A stretch of 64,000 bases of DNA from an uncultured Candidatus Saccharibacteria bacterium (lineage in GTDB: Bacteria > Patescibacteriota > UBA1384 > XYA2-FULL-43-10). The position numbers and the translations under genes were made by a program. The DNA lies in NCBI GenBank assembly GCA_964426805.1, contig CAYRRY010000001.1, forward strand, positions 2,504 to 66,503. Reading direction: 5' to 3'. Position 1 is the first letter of the stretch. Each line of letters begins with the position of its first letter. Under the pieces are notes generated by a model that was given only the letters and a program-made list of their open reading frames with translations, was not told the DNA's origin and searched no databases. Positions 19,265 to 28,374 of the stretch are shown in pieces.

Positions 19265-20511
19265 TAGCCTTCCTTTTCTATCGATACTCCAAGATCTCGC
19301 AATTTCTGGTCGATCTTTTCATATCCCCTCTCGATTTGTTCAATATTGTCAATTTTTGTTGTTCCCTCGGCAAGTAGCGCTGCGAGTATAAGTGCTGCAC
19401 CTCCACGGATGTCTGAACTGCTAATAGATGTTCCAGTCAACTTGTCCGGTCCGAAAACATATACGATATGTGGGCTTTCAATGTTTATATTGGCGTTCAT
19501 TTTTTTCAACTCCTTTATATAGCCGAAGCGTGATTCGAAAAGAGTTTCAAAGATGCGAGTAGAGCCATCTGTTTGAGTTGAATAAACTGCATAAACAGAT
19601 TGTAGATCTGTAGGAAAACCAGGATAAGTACGTGTATCAATATCCATGGAACCCAAACCAGTGTGTTTTTTAGTTTTTATAGAATCTTCATTAATTTCAA
19701 AATTTGCACCAGCGTCTTTTAGAATCTTCAAAACAAGACTTAAGTGGTTTTTATTCACGTTTTCTATCTCAATTTCAGAATTTGTGGCCAGAGCCATTAT
19801 CAGATAAGTTCCAGCTTCAATCCGGTCAGATATGGTCGTGTGTTCGGCTCCGCTTAGTGTTTTCACTCCCTCGATCTCTATATCATGGCCGTTGTTAGTG
19901 ATTTTTGCGCCCATTGAGTTGAGGTAGTCTGTAAGGTCTTTAATCTCTGGCTCGGCGGCGGCGGCGTGAATATTACTAGTTCCTTTTGCGAGTGTTGCCA
20001 ACATGATTGCATTTTCAGTAGCGGTTACAGATATTTTCGGCAAGATAATCTCCGAGCCTTTTGGTTTGCCAGTAAGTGTGTATTTCTCACCGTCAATCTC
20101 CGTTTTTATTCCAAACTGCCGAAAGATATCTAAGTGATCGTCGATCTTTCTAGCGCCTATTAGATCGCCTCCTGGTTGATAGATGGTTACTTCGCCAAAA
20201 CGAGCAAGCATAGGTCCCGCCAGAACAATAGAAGCGCGAATCTTTTCAGATAGATCCTTATCTAAGACGTGAGAGTTGATACTTGTTGGATCCACCGTAA
20301 CGCTGTTTCCTTCTACTGTAACGTTCGCGCCGGATTTCTCTATTATCTGTTCTATTTTTTCTATATCTTTAATGCGCGGTACGTTGTGAATAGTCGAAGC
20401 GCTACCAGCCATAATAGAAGCCGCAATTAGCTTTAGGGCTGAATTCTTCGCGCCGGAAACTTTAACTTTACCAGAAAGCTTTGCTCCGCCCTGAATAATA
20501 AATTTTGACAT
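19264..20511 (-). CDS. murA: UDP-N-acetylglucosamine 1-carboxyvinyltransferase
   Basis: EPSP-synthase fold. N-terminus MSKFIIQGGAKLSGKVKVSGAKNS. Length 415 aa. Confidence 0.92.
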   Translation of the reverse strand: MSKFIIQGGAKLSGKVKVSGAKNSALKLIAASIMAGSASTIHNVPRIKDIEKIEQIIEKSGANVTVEGNSVTVDPTSINSHVLDKDLSEKIRASIVLAGPMLARFGEVTIYQPGGDLIGARKIDDHLDIFRQFGIKTEIDGEKYTLTGKPKGSEIILPKISVTATENAIMLATLAKGTSNIHAAAAEPEIKDLTDYLNSMGAKITNNGHDIEIEGVKTLSGAEHTTISDRIEAGTYLIMALATNSEIEIENVNKNHLSLVLKILKDAGANFEINEDSIKTKKHTGLGSMDIDTRTYPGFPTDLQSVYAVYSTQTDGSTRIFETLFESRFGYIKELKKMNANINIESPHIVYVFGPDKLTGTSISSSDIRGGAALILAALLAEGTTKIDNIEQIERGYEKIDQKLRDLGVSIEKEG

Positions 20512-20609
20512 ATTTTCTCCCGATAATTAATAACTCCATTTTAATCTAAAATAGCATAAATTTCAATGCTACCCTTAAAAAAAGTGTAAATATTTGATAT
20601 AATCTCTTT

Positions 20610-21326
20610 ATGTATAATGAGAGACATAAAAGAATGAAGAGTATTATAGTCGGGCAGGCACTAGTTGCGATTGGAATTATATTCATCGCCTCCTGCCTTA
20701 TCTTTTACACGATGGGCTACAGGATAAATTTCAAGAACTATACAATAAACAAAATAGGCATTTTGAGCCTAAATTTTGCCGATCATCCAGACAAAATTTC
20801 GATTGATGGCAAGGAGCACAAAAACGGGAATAATTTCTATATCGACCTAACTCCCGGGAACTACGACGTGATAGCCTCCAAAGCGGGGCATTACGATTGG
20901 AATTCTAGCTATTTGGTAAAATCTGGTCTTGTTCGAAAACAGAACGATATTATCTTTATTAAAGAGAACCCAGAGGTTACGGAGACTTTAGATGAAGAGG
21001 TTATAAACAAGCTGAATTTGCCCAATACGAGTCTGATAAGCGAGGACAAGCAGAAGTTAACCAGCAGCGACTATGAGATTTGGGTTAATTCAAAACTAAT
21101 TACGCGTTATTCAGAGCTGGTTTATGGTGTTACATGGTTCCCCGGCAATGACTATATTGCCTTTCAAATCAACGATGAAATAAGAATAATCGATAAATTT
21201 GGTGAAAATGATACCCTTTTGGTAGAACTAGAAAATTCTTCAATAACAAAATTTGCCTTCAAAGGTAACGGACGAGAACTATATTATAGAGACGATTCTA
21301 AGTACTATGTTGCGAAAATACGATAA
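20610..21326 (+). CDS. membrane-anchored PEGA-domain protein (likely start at Met 20634)
   Basis: TM helix, then ISIDGKEHKNG...LTPGNYDVIASKAGHYDW matching the PEGA pattern. Confidence 0.45.
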   Translation: MYNERHKRMKSIIVGQALVAIGIIFIASCLIFYTMGYRINFKNYTINKIGILSLNFADHPDKISIDGKEHKNGNNFYIDLTPGNYDVIASKAGHYDWNSSYLVKSGLVRKQNDIIFIKENPEVTETLDEEVINKLNLPNTSLISEDKQKLTSSDYEIWVNSKLITRYSELVYGVTWFPGNDYIAFQINDEIRIIDKFGENDTLLVELENSSITKFAFKGNGRELYYRDDSKYYVAKIR

Positions 21327-21382
21327 GAATACGATCTAAGCATTACTTCAAATTCCCTGGTAGGATTTTTTTGTTAATTGTA

Positions 21383-21964
21383 TTAATTATTTGTTTTTAT
21401 ATTTTTAGTAGTTGAATTGATTAAATCCTGCATAAGGTCTCCATATTTTTTAGATTCAATCTTCATTTTTGGGTCAATACTGCTCAGCATCTCCTTGCAT
21501 TCTTTTAGTAATATGCTTTTATTCTTTTTATCAGATGTGTGCTCAATTTCTAGGTAATCGCCCAATATATCGACTCTATCAAGGCAAAGTTCAAAATCCG
21601 TTATTTGAAATGTATCCCTAACCTTTGAAACAGTAAACGCTTCTTCATAGCCAAGACTGGTTAGAAATTCTTCCCCATCACTTATTTCTGGAACTGGTGA
21701 ACTAAATTCTAGTCCAATTCCATTTCTTTTAATTTGTTTAAATTCAACTAAAGTTTTCTTCTCATTTTTTCTTATTCTAGCGCTGAACCGTCCTTCGATT
21801 ATTTTAGTATTGTTATCTAGATCTTTCGGTCTCCCGAAAACCTTATCAATCAGCACCTCGGTTTTTATATGAACAGCGCCGATAGAGATTATTTTATTTT
21901 TCAACTTGTTCAAATTAGCACATTTTGATCTAATTTCGACTTCAAACATAATGGTTCCTTTCAA
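21383..21964 (-). CDS. CYTH-domain protein (CyaB/thiamine-triphosphatase-like)
   Basis: N-terminal FEVEIRSK (ExExK) motif and overall size of the CYTH family. Confidence 0.5.
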   Translation of the reverse strand: MKGTIMFEVEIRSKCANLNKLKNKIISIGAVHIKTEVLIDKVFGRPKDLDNNTKIIEGRFSARIRKNEKKTLVEFKQIKRNGIGLEFSSPVPEISDGEEFLTSLGYEEAFTVSKVRDTFQITDFELCLDRVDILGDYLEIEHTSDKKNKSILLKECKEMLSSIDPKMKIESKKYGDLMQDLINSTTKNIKTNN

Positions 21965-21968
21965 TTGT

Positions 21969-22583
21969 TTAGCTAATATCCGATTTTATTATTTTGATTA
22001 TCTCAGGGAAAGTCGAAATGTTGAAATGACCGTTTTTGCTTTCATATGTTATTATAACGGCGTTCTTTAGTTTATCTCTATATTCGTCTGCGTGAGAAAT
22101 AGGAACAACATCATCGTTTTTCGAAAACATTAGGTATAGGTTTTCGGAACAGCTATCGAGCATTGATAAATCAGAACCAAGTTCGAAACCCCCTACTAGA
22201 TCTTCCTCGGGAATTGAATTATCGAACGGTGGACATATAAGAAAAGTCGAGAGGATTTTTTTAGGTAGTTTGTTTTCTGAAAGATATTTGGCTAAAAATA
22301 TCCCACCCAAAGAAGAGCCTATTAAAATTACATTGTCTTTGAAATGAGGGATGAAACGCTCGAAGTAAATTTTCCAATCTTCGTACTTGGCATTGTCTTG
22401 CAACGGCATACGAGGTTTTATGATCTCAAATTCGTCACCAAGCTCATCTCTAATATATTTATCAGACCAACGTTTTTTATCTTCTAGCCGTATCTTCCGG
22501 TGCTTTAAAAAATCAACATAGTCTGCCCTGTTTTTGAAGGTCGTCCCACCGTGTACTAAAAATATTTGTGTTTTATTCTTCAT
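21969..22583 (-). CDS. alpha/beta-fold serine hydrolase
   Basis: Nucleophile elbow GSSLGG. Small (~200 aa) esterase-like fold. Confidence 0.55.
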   Translation of the reverse strand: MKNKTQIFLVHGGTTFKNRADYVDFLKHRKIRLEDKKRWSDKYIRDELGDEFEIIKPRMPLQDNAKYEDWKIYFERFIPHFKDNVILIGSSLGGIFLAKYLSENKLPKKILSTFLICPPFDNSIPEEDLVGGFELGSDLSMLDSCSENLYLMFSKNDDVVPISHADEYRDKLKNAVIITYESKNGHFNISTFPEIIKIIKSDIS

Positions 22584-22605
22584 ATTTCCTTTTGCGCTAT
22601 AACCA

Positions 22606-23415
22606 TTATTTGTATATCTTTGTTCCTATGTTTTTTCCTGATAATATCGACTTGAGTTGTTCGGGCTTTTTCCCGTTGATGACGCGGACTTCCAGATTTT
22701 CAGTTTCATTTAGCGTATCACGAATTATCTTCAGTTTGCTATGCATCCCGCCAGCTCCAAGCTTGGTTTTGCTTGTGCCGCAGAGATCATTAATGTATTG
22801 ATCGGTCAGTCGATCAGCATTTAACGAGGGAATAACTTTATTGTTTTCCAAAACTCCATCAGAACTTGTATTGAAGACCACTTCAACATTTTTGAAAAGG
22901 CTTGAACATAATTTTGCTAATAGTGCAGTAATCTTGTCGTTATCTCCAAAGTCTCCACCTCTCATCCTTACAAGCTCTTCATCGGTTACAAAATCATTAT
23001 CGTTTATCTGAATAACAGATTCATTCATTTTATATAGAGATAAGATGATTTGAGATATTTTTTCTTTTGAGCTTTCAGAAGATAGATCCCTGTGGGTGAG
23101 TAGGCTCTGAAGAACTCGTTTGTTTGGGATTGCTTTGTCCCAAAGAATAGATAAATGTGGGTTGCCAATAGCAGAGAAAATTCTTTTTCTAACAATTTCG
23201 TCATCTACGTATTGAAAATCATTTTTGAATGTTTTGCCGAAAGCAATAGCGCCCGAGCTAACAATTATGGCTGGGTTCTGAATACTATTAATAATCGATC
23301 CATGAGCTTGAATATTTTCATAATCGATTGAAATTTGTCCATCCTCCTCTTGCTTTACAAGAGTGTTGCTCCCGTACTTGATGATTGAAAGCTTGTTGTT
23401 AATTTTTTCCACCAT
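22606..23415 (-). CDS. amino-acid-kinase-family protein, glutamate-5-kinase-like (no PUA domain)
   Basis: IIKYGSNTLV start, GDNDKITALLA and GAGGMHSKL motifs resembling ProB. No proA nearby. Confidence 0.5.
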   Translation of the reverse strand: MVEKINNKLSIIKYGSNTLVKQEEDGQISIDYENIQAHGSIINSIQNPAIIVSSGAIAFGKTFKNDFQYVDDEIVRKRIFSAIGNPHLSILWDKAIPNKRVLQSLLTHRDLSSESSKEKISQIILSLYKMNESVIQINDNDFVTDEELVRMRGGDFGDNDKITALLAKLCSSLFKNVEVVFNTSSDGVLENNKVIPSLNADRLTDQYINDLCGTSKTKLGAGGMHSKLKIIRDTLNETENLEVRVINGKKPEQLKSILSGKNIGTKIYK

Positions 23416-23419
23416 AGAA

Positions 23420-24154
23420 CTATCTCTTATAGAATTCTTCGGCTACTATTATCAATCTATTTAGTGCAGTGCCGACCGGTGTGCAAGTCATGAGGCTTAG
23501 AATCCTTTTATCTTCTTGATCGAGCACTGAAAGATCGTTTGGTTTTACGCTCTTTTTCTCAACTACGCTGTAACCGTAAATCACATTATTGAAATTTATA
23601 TATATTTTATCCCCCACTACCAATTTATCGAGTAGCACAAAAGCTTCTTTATATTTACCGTTTGACCAAAAATAGTCGGAAGAGTGACCGGTAATAAATA
23701 CATTGCCCCCTTCTCCCGGCTTTGCTGTGCCATGCAGGTGTATGACACCGTTTTTTAGGTTGCTCTCTGTTTCTGTTGGGGTGTTTGGGACATCCCACAC
23801 TATGGGGGCCTGAACATCTATCTTTTCGATCACGATTGCACCATTTGGAACGGCTGGCACATTTATAATATCATCTGTAGAGTTATGCGATTGGTTTGTT
23901 CCAGAGCCTATAAGTGGCGAATTATCGACTTCCTCTGTTGTTATATTTTCCTTATACCAAAAGTCAAACCTTTTTTTAAAGGTTCCGAAGTTTATGAGCG
24001 CAAATATTATTGAGAATCCAATCACTAAATACAAAACGTAGAGAAAATATCGAAGAACTTTGCGCCCCCCGGTTTCTGTATTAGTTCCATATAAATTTTG
24101 GAGATCTTTTTCTTTGAATTTCATAATTTGGTGCCAGAGGTGGGAGTCTGTCAC
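23420..24154 (-). CDS. sortase-family transpeptidase (likely true start at Met ~24124)
   Basis: TM anchor, ITGHS (His), LSLMTCTP (TLxTC Cys) and a downstream Arg. The extreme N-terminus of the track ORF runs into a tRNA-derived repeat. Confidence 0.75.
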   Translation of the reverse strand: MTDSHLWHQIMKFKEKDLQNLYGTNTETGGRKVLRYFLYVLYLVIGFSIIFALINFGTFKKRFDFWYKENITTEEVDNSPLIGSGTNQSHNSTDDIINVPAVPNGAIVIEKIDVQAPIVWDVPNTPTETESNLKNGVIHLHGTAKPGEGGNVFITGHSSDYFWSNGKYKEAFVLLDKLVVGDKIYINFNNVIYGYSVVEKKSVKPNDLSVLDQEDKRILSLMTCTPVGTALNRLIIVAEEFYKR

Positions 24155-24253
24155 TGGTCAAATTCTGTCGAATTTGCCATCGACCCCGTCTCCCCCGACA
24201 TTTCGGGGTCCGACATTCAACTCTTCTTTAATTTGGTGCCAGAGGTGGGAGTC
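24128..24253. repeat. two tandem 21-24-bp copies of the tRNA-Leu 3' end (TTGGTGCCAGAGGTGGGAGTC) at 24128-24148 and 24233-24253
   Basis: Exact 21-mer matches to tRNA-Leu positions 24336-24356. Copy spacing is 105 and 103 bp. Confidence 0.8.
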
Positions 24254-24336
24254 GTCTACAAATATTTTTCTGTTGAAAAATTTCGCAGACCCGCCTCGGC
24301 TCTCAGTCGAACCTGCGGCATTCTCCTCCATATTTT

Positions 24337-24423
24337 TTGGTGCCAGAGGTGGGAGTCGAACCCACATCACGCGAGCGTGATACGATTTTGAGTCGTACGC
24401 GTATACCAATTCCGCCACTCTGG
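24337..24423 (-). tRNA. tRNA-Leu (anticodon CAA), long variable arm, CCA encoded
   Basis: Hand-folded. Acceptor GCCAGAG/CTCTGGC. Anticodon stem TACGA/TCGTA with loop CTCAAAA. Variable arm CACGC..GCGTG. T-arm GTGGG-TTCGACT-CCCAC. Confidence 0.8.
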
Positions 24424-24534
24424 CTAAATATCAAATAATGTATGGTTAATAACTGATAATTAAGAAACGATGTATTATTGACAATTTCAGCTAAAATTAT
24501 AGCAAATTTTACGTTCTTTGGAAAGTGCTAATAT

Positions 24535-24571
24535 GCTAAAATTTTAAACGCCTCACTCGTGTGAGGCGTTT
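24535..24571. repeat. palindromic repeat copy A (AAACGCCTCAC-tcgt-GTGAGGCGTTT, extended to a 17-bp stem)
   Basis: Shares the core with copies at 56521, 60726 and 62396. Confidence 0.7.
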
Positions 24572-24652
24572 AAAATTCATGATGTTGTGCGAATAAACTA
24601 TTTTAAAATCCTGGAAATCGGTATATAATTGATATATAAAAGGAGGGCGTAA

Positions 24653-26269
24653 ATGCCAGAGGTTTTCAATTTCAACACAAAGCGAACCAAGACGAAGCCT
24701 TTTGCTCTGATTATTCTAGACGGTTGGGGCGTAGCTCCTTCATGGGGTGGAAATGCGATAACGCTTGCAAAAACTAGTTATTTTGACGAACTTATTCGGA
24801 CTTATCCAAATACTACTCTCTCCGCCTCCGGACCAAGCGTTGGTCTTTCTGAAGGTTCCCCGGGAAATTCTGAAGCAGGTCACTTGAATATCGGTGCTGG
24901 CAGGATAGTACATCAAGATTTGCCCCTTATCAATCAAAAAATTGAAAGTGGCGAATTTTTTAATAACAAAACAATGAAGGCCTCTTTGGGGTATTTGAAG
25001 AAATATGGAGGTAAGCTTCATGTTATGGGCCTTCTTTCAAAATCTGGGACACATAGCCATCTGAATCACCTTTATGCTACTCTAAAGTTTTATAAGGAAA
25101 ACGGTGTTACGGATGCATATATTCATCTTTTTTCAGATGGACGTGATTCCGACCCCATGAGCGGGATTGAGATGATCGGAGAAGTACAGAAAAAGATTGA
25201 TGAGTTGGGAATAGGTCGTATTTCATCTATCATGGGTAGATTTTATGCTATGGACAGAGATAATCGTTGGGGACGCACCATACGAGCATACAACACACTT
25301 ACTAAAGGGGAAGCAGAGGTTGCTCAGAACGCAAACCAGGTTTTTTCCCATAGCTATAAGAGAGGCATAACGGACGAATTTATCGAGCCGAGGATTATTA
25401 CAAACAAAATTTCAAATTTTGAGAAGATAGTAGACAAAGATGTTGTTCTGTTATTCAATTTTCGCCCTGACAGAGTTAGGCAATTGACAAAAGCATTTTT
25501 GGCCACAGAGGTAAAACAATTTCCGGATAGAAAAAAACTCAAAAATATTATGATGGTTAGCTTTGTTACATACGAAAGAGAAAACCTCGGGGATAAGGTT
25601 TTTTACCCCGACCCTATTGAAAACCCTATAGCAAAAGTAATTTCCGACAAGGGTTACAAGCAACTTCACATGGCTGAAACAGAAAAATACCCACACGTCA
25701 CCTATTTTATGAACGGTGGCAACGAACAAGCCTATCCAGGAGAAACCAGAAAAATGATTCCGTCACCCAAGGTAAGAACTTACGATTACGCTCCGAAGAT
25801 GAGCGCAGAAAAACTCACAAAACAGCTGAACAGTTTCGTAAAACAGGGGAAGAATCATTTCTATATAGTCAACTATGCGAATCCCGACATGGTTGGCCAT
25901 ACAGGGAACTTGGAGGCAACGATACAAGCTATAAGCTATATAGATACATGTCTAAAATCACTCATACCTGAAATCTTGAAACAGGAAGGCACGGCTTTAA
26001 TATTTGCTGATCACGGAAACGCTGAACAGATGATTAATCCGCAAACTTCAGAACCAGATACGGAGCACACTACCAATCCCGTTCCATTTATTTTAGTAAA
26101 CGAGAAATTGAAAGGAAATGTCGTTCTTCAAAATAATGGCTCATTAACCAATATTGCGCCTACGGCACTTGAGCTTCTGGGAATCGATAAACCAAACGAG
26201 ATGTCTTCAAGGGAAAGTCTAATTCTTGCCAATCCTCGATTTGAACATAAAGGAATTCTAAAATTTTAA
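24653..26269 (+). CDS. gpmI: 2,3-bisphosphoglycerate-independent phosphoglycerate mutase
   Basis: ILDGWG, GNSEAGHLNIGAGR and ADHGN metal/catalytic motifs. 538 aa. Confidence 0.92.
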   Translation: MPEVFNFNTKRTKTKPFALIILDGWGVAPSWGGNAITLAKTSYFDELIRTYPNTTLSASGPSVGLSEGSPGNSEAGHLNIGAGRIVHQDLPLINQKIESGEFFNNKTMKASLGYLKKYGGKLHVMGLLSKSGTHSHLNHLYATLKFYKENGVTDAYIHLFSDGRDSDPMSGIEMIGEVQKKIDELGIGRISSIMGRFYAMDRDNRWGRTIRAYNTLTKGEAEVAQNANQVFSHSYKRGITDEFIEPRIITNKISNFEKIVDKDVVLLFNFRPDRVRQLTKAFLATEVKQFPDRKKLKNIMMVSFVTYERENLGDKVFYPDPIENPIAKVISDKGYKQLHMAETEKYPHVTYFMNGGNEQAYPGETRKMIPSPKVRTYDYAPKMSAEKLTKQLNSFVKQGKNHFYIVNYANPDMVGHTGNLEATIQAISYIDTCLKSLIPEILKQEGTALIFADHGNAEQMINPQTSEPDTEHTTNPVPFILVNEKLKGNVVLQNNGSLTNIAPTALELLGIDKPNEMSSRESLILANPRFEHKGILKF

Positions 26270-26270
26270 G

Positions 26271-27815
26271 ATGAATAAGTTGTCTAATTATCGCAAAAAA
26301 GTAGCCCTATTAGTTGTTGAGGGATTGTCGGCCAAGACAAAAAGAGAGGGCTCTCCCCTACTTCCTTCAAACTCGGGCAATATCGAGGTGCTTCTTTCGG
26401 GGTATGAAAAGAAGATTCTAAAAACTTTGGACCCAACAATTGATAGTAACATACTAGAAACAGACATTGTTTCGCTGTACAATACGTTCTCTTCTTCAAA
26501 ACGAGCTCTAAGTGAGGTTGCTAATTTTAAACATGATAAAAATGATTTCAAGAGTAAATTGGAAAAAATCAGTCACAACTGTAAAAATCACTCCTCTTCA
26601 ATGCATTTAGCCATGGTGTACTCTAAAAATCCAAAAGTATTTAACCAAAATATTTTCGACGAAATTATTGCTGGACTTAAGGAAATTGGGTTAAATAGGA
26701 TTTATCTTCATCTGTTTTGCGACTTCACTATGAAATCATCTGAAGTTAGAAATTTTGTTGAGCGATACAACAAGTTAGATGGAGCAAAGTTTCAGATTTC
26801 CTCAGTTTCGGGCACCTCATCCCTTCTGAGCCATAAGCAAAAAAATCAACTAGAAATATACAAATCGATGGTATTTGGAGCCAGTCATCAGATTATGGAT
26901 ATTTCACAGATTGATGATGGGGATTTTTCGCATCTACTCCCACACACGTTTATAAAAAATAGAAAACCGATTGGCATGATAAGCGATTTTGACACGATTC
27001 TATTTTTAAATTCAAGCTCTGAAATTTTCTTCGAACAGATTCATCTCTTAAATAAAAAAAGTAAATCTTTCCGTGGAGACAAAAACCTTTTTATGATAAA
27101 TACTGTATGTTTGACTAAAATTTATCGAAATATTGATGGCAAGGGAGTCGAATACCTAATTAGTAATATGCTTTACCAAAAAAATCTATTTTCAACTTTG
27201 TCTGAATATGGATTAAGCCAGATTAAAATATTTAATGCAGAAGATAGGGACCAGTATCTAGAAGGATATAATGGTTCCAACGAGATATTTGAAAACGAAG
27301 ATGTTGCGTTAATAGAGAGCGAAGGCAACCATGTCCTCTCCGCTCGTCACATCATACAAACATTTATTGAATCTATTGAAAATGATGAGCATGATCTTGT
27401 TTTTGCCTCAATGAACAGTTTAGTCAAATGTTCGTATGATACGGACTTAAAAGATTCGATATCTGTAGTCGACGAAATAAATCAAGCTATACCAGAGATA
27501 ATTAGAATATGCGCAAAAAATAAATTGACCTTTGTTTTTGCCTCGCCTTTTGGCGGTTCAGACTCCTTTTCCTCCGGCGACAAGCAAGGTCAAGAAAAGA
27601 ATTTTGAAAATATCAAACTAACCACTGTGCCTCTGGTGCTTGTAAATAACTTATTTAAAAAAGAGACTAGTAATCAGTTCATGATAAACAATTCCAATTT
27701 AATTGATATAATAAGTAGTAAGTCTAGTGTTTATGATTTTGCCCCGACTATTTTGGATTTATTTAATATTGAAAAGCCGGAAGGTTTTCAGGGAAGAAGC
27801 TTAACAAATGTCTAA
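26271..27815 (+). CDS. divergent iPGM-like paralog with metal-binding and catalytic motifs degenerated (putative pseudoenzyme or altered specificity)
   Basis: N- and C-terminal homology to gpmI (KVALLVVEGLS vs PFALIILDGWG; FAPTILDLFNIEKPEGFQGRS vs IAPTALELLGIDKPNEMSSRES). ADHGN is replaced by ASPFGG and the His of MVGHTG is lost. Confidence 0.6.
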   Translation: MNKLSNYRKKVALLVVEGLSAKTKREGSPLLPSNSGNIEVLLSGYEKKILKTLDPTIDSNILETDIVSLYNTFSSSKRALSEVANFKHDKNDFKSKLEKISHNCKNHSSSMHLAMVYSKNPKVFNQNIFDEIIAGLKEIGLNRIYLHLFCDFTMKSSEVRNFVERYNKLDGAKFQISSVSGTSSLLSHKQKNQLEIYKSMVFGASHQIMDISQIDDGDFSHLLPHTFIKNRKPIGMISDFDTILFLNSSSEIFFEQIHLLNKKSKSFRGDKNLFMINTVCLTKIYRNIDGKGVEYLISNMLYQKNLFSTLSEYGLSQIKIFNAEDRDQYLEGYNGSNEIFENEDVALIESEGNHVLSARHIIQTFIESIENDEHDLVFASMNSLVKCSYDTDLKDSISVVDEINQAIPEIIRICAKNKLTFVFASPFGGSDSFSSGDKQGQEKNFENIKLTTVPLVLVNNLFKKETSNQFMINNSNLIDIISSKSSVYDFAPTILDLFNIEKPEGFQGRSLTNV

Positions 27816-28374
27816 AAAAAGAGTAGAAATTGAGGTTTCGGCAAGGCATATCCATCTTGCTAAAGAAGATTTTGAAACACTTTTTGGCAATGACGCCGTT
27901 CTAGATGTTCGAAACTATCTATCTCAGCCAAATGAATTCGCTTCAAATAAAATTGTCGAGATTGTTGGCCCAGATTACGTTTTCGAGAAGGTTCGAATAC
28001 TTGGTCCATTCAGAAATTATAGTCAGGTAGAAATGTCAAAAACAGATACCTTGAAATCTGGCATAAATGCACCTTACAAAATTTCCGGAGACTTGCCGGG
28101 AGCCAGGGTTCGAGTAATCGGTCCCGAGGGAGAGTTTATAAAAGATATCGCAATAATCGCGAAAAGGCACATCCATTTGAGTCCAGCCGAGGCTCGAACA
28201 CTTAGGGTTCGATCAGGTCAGCACTTATCTGTTAGTATAGGCGGAGAAAGATCTGTAACTTTTGATAGATTTGAGGTTAGAGTTGGTGATAACTTCAAAA
28301 AGGCCTGTCACGTCGATACAGACGAAGGAAATGCGGCTGGAATTGATAAAAAATGTATAGGAACAATTATATGA
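27808..28374 (+). CDS. pduL: phosphate acyltransferase PduL-like (phosphotransacetylase/propanoyltransferase)
   Basis: Two PduL repeats with SARHIHL and KRHIHL motifs. Overlaps ackA by ATGA. Confidence 0.8.
   Translation: MSKKRVEIEVSARHIHLAKEDFETLFGNDAVLDVRNYLSQPNEFASNKIVEIVGPDYVFEKVRILGPFRNYSQVEMSKTDTLKSGINAPYKISGDLPGARVRVIGPEGEFIKDIAIIAKRHIHLSPAEARTLRVRSGQHLSVSIGGERSVTFDRFEVRVGDNFKKACHVDTDEGNAAGIDKKCIGTII

Noticed and set aside
22606-23415. Annotating the amino-acid kinase as bona fide proB for proline biosynthesis
   Set aside because: No proA adjacent and no PUA domain. The function is left open within the AAK family.
24128-24356. Possible CRISPR array (regularly spaced ~104-bp repeats)
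   Set aside because: Only three copies, 21 bp long, one of them being the 3' end of a functional tRNA. No cas genes. The spacing and repeat length do not fit CRISPR.
24060-24418. Three overlapping ORFs (24060-24380, 24098-24391, 24158-24418) with repeated peptide SHLWHQI
   Set aside because: They arise from reading through the tRNA-Leu gene and its two tandem 21-bp 3'-end copies. The repeated peptide is the translation of the repeat.
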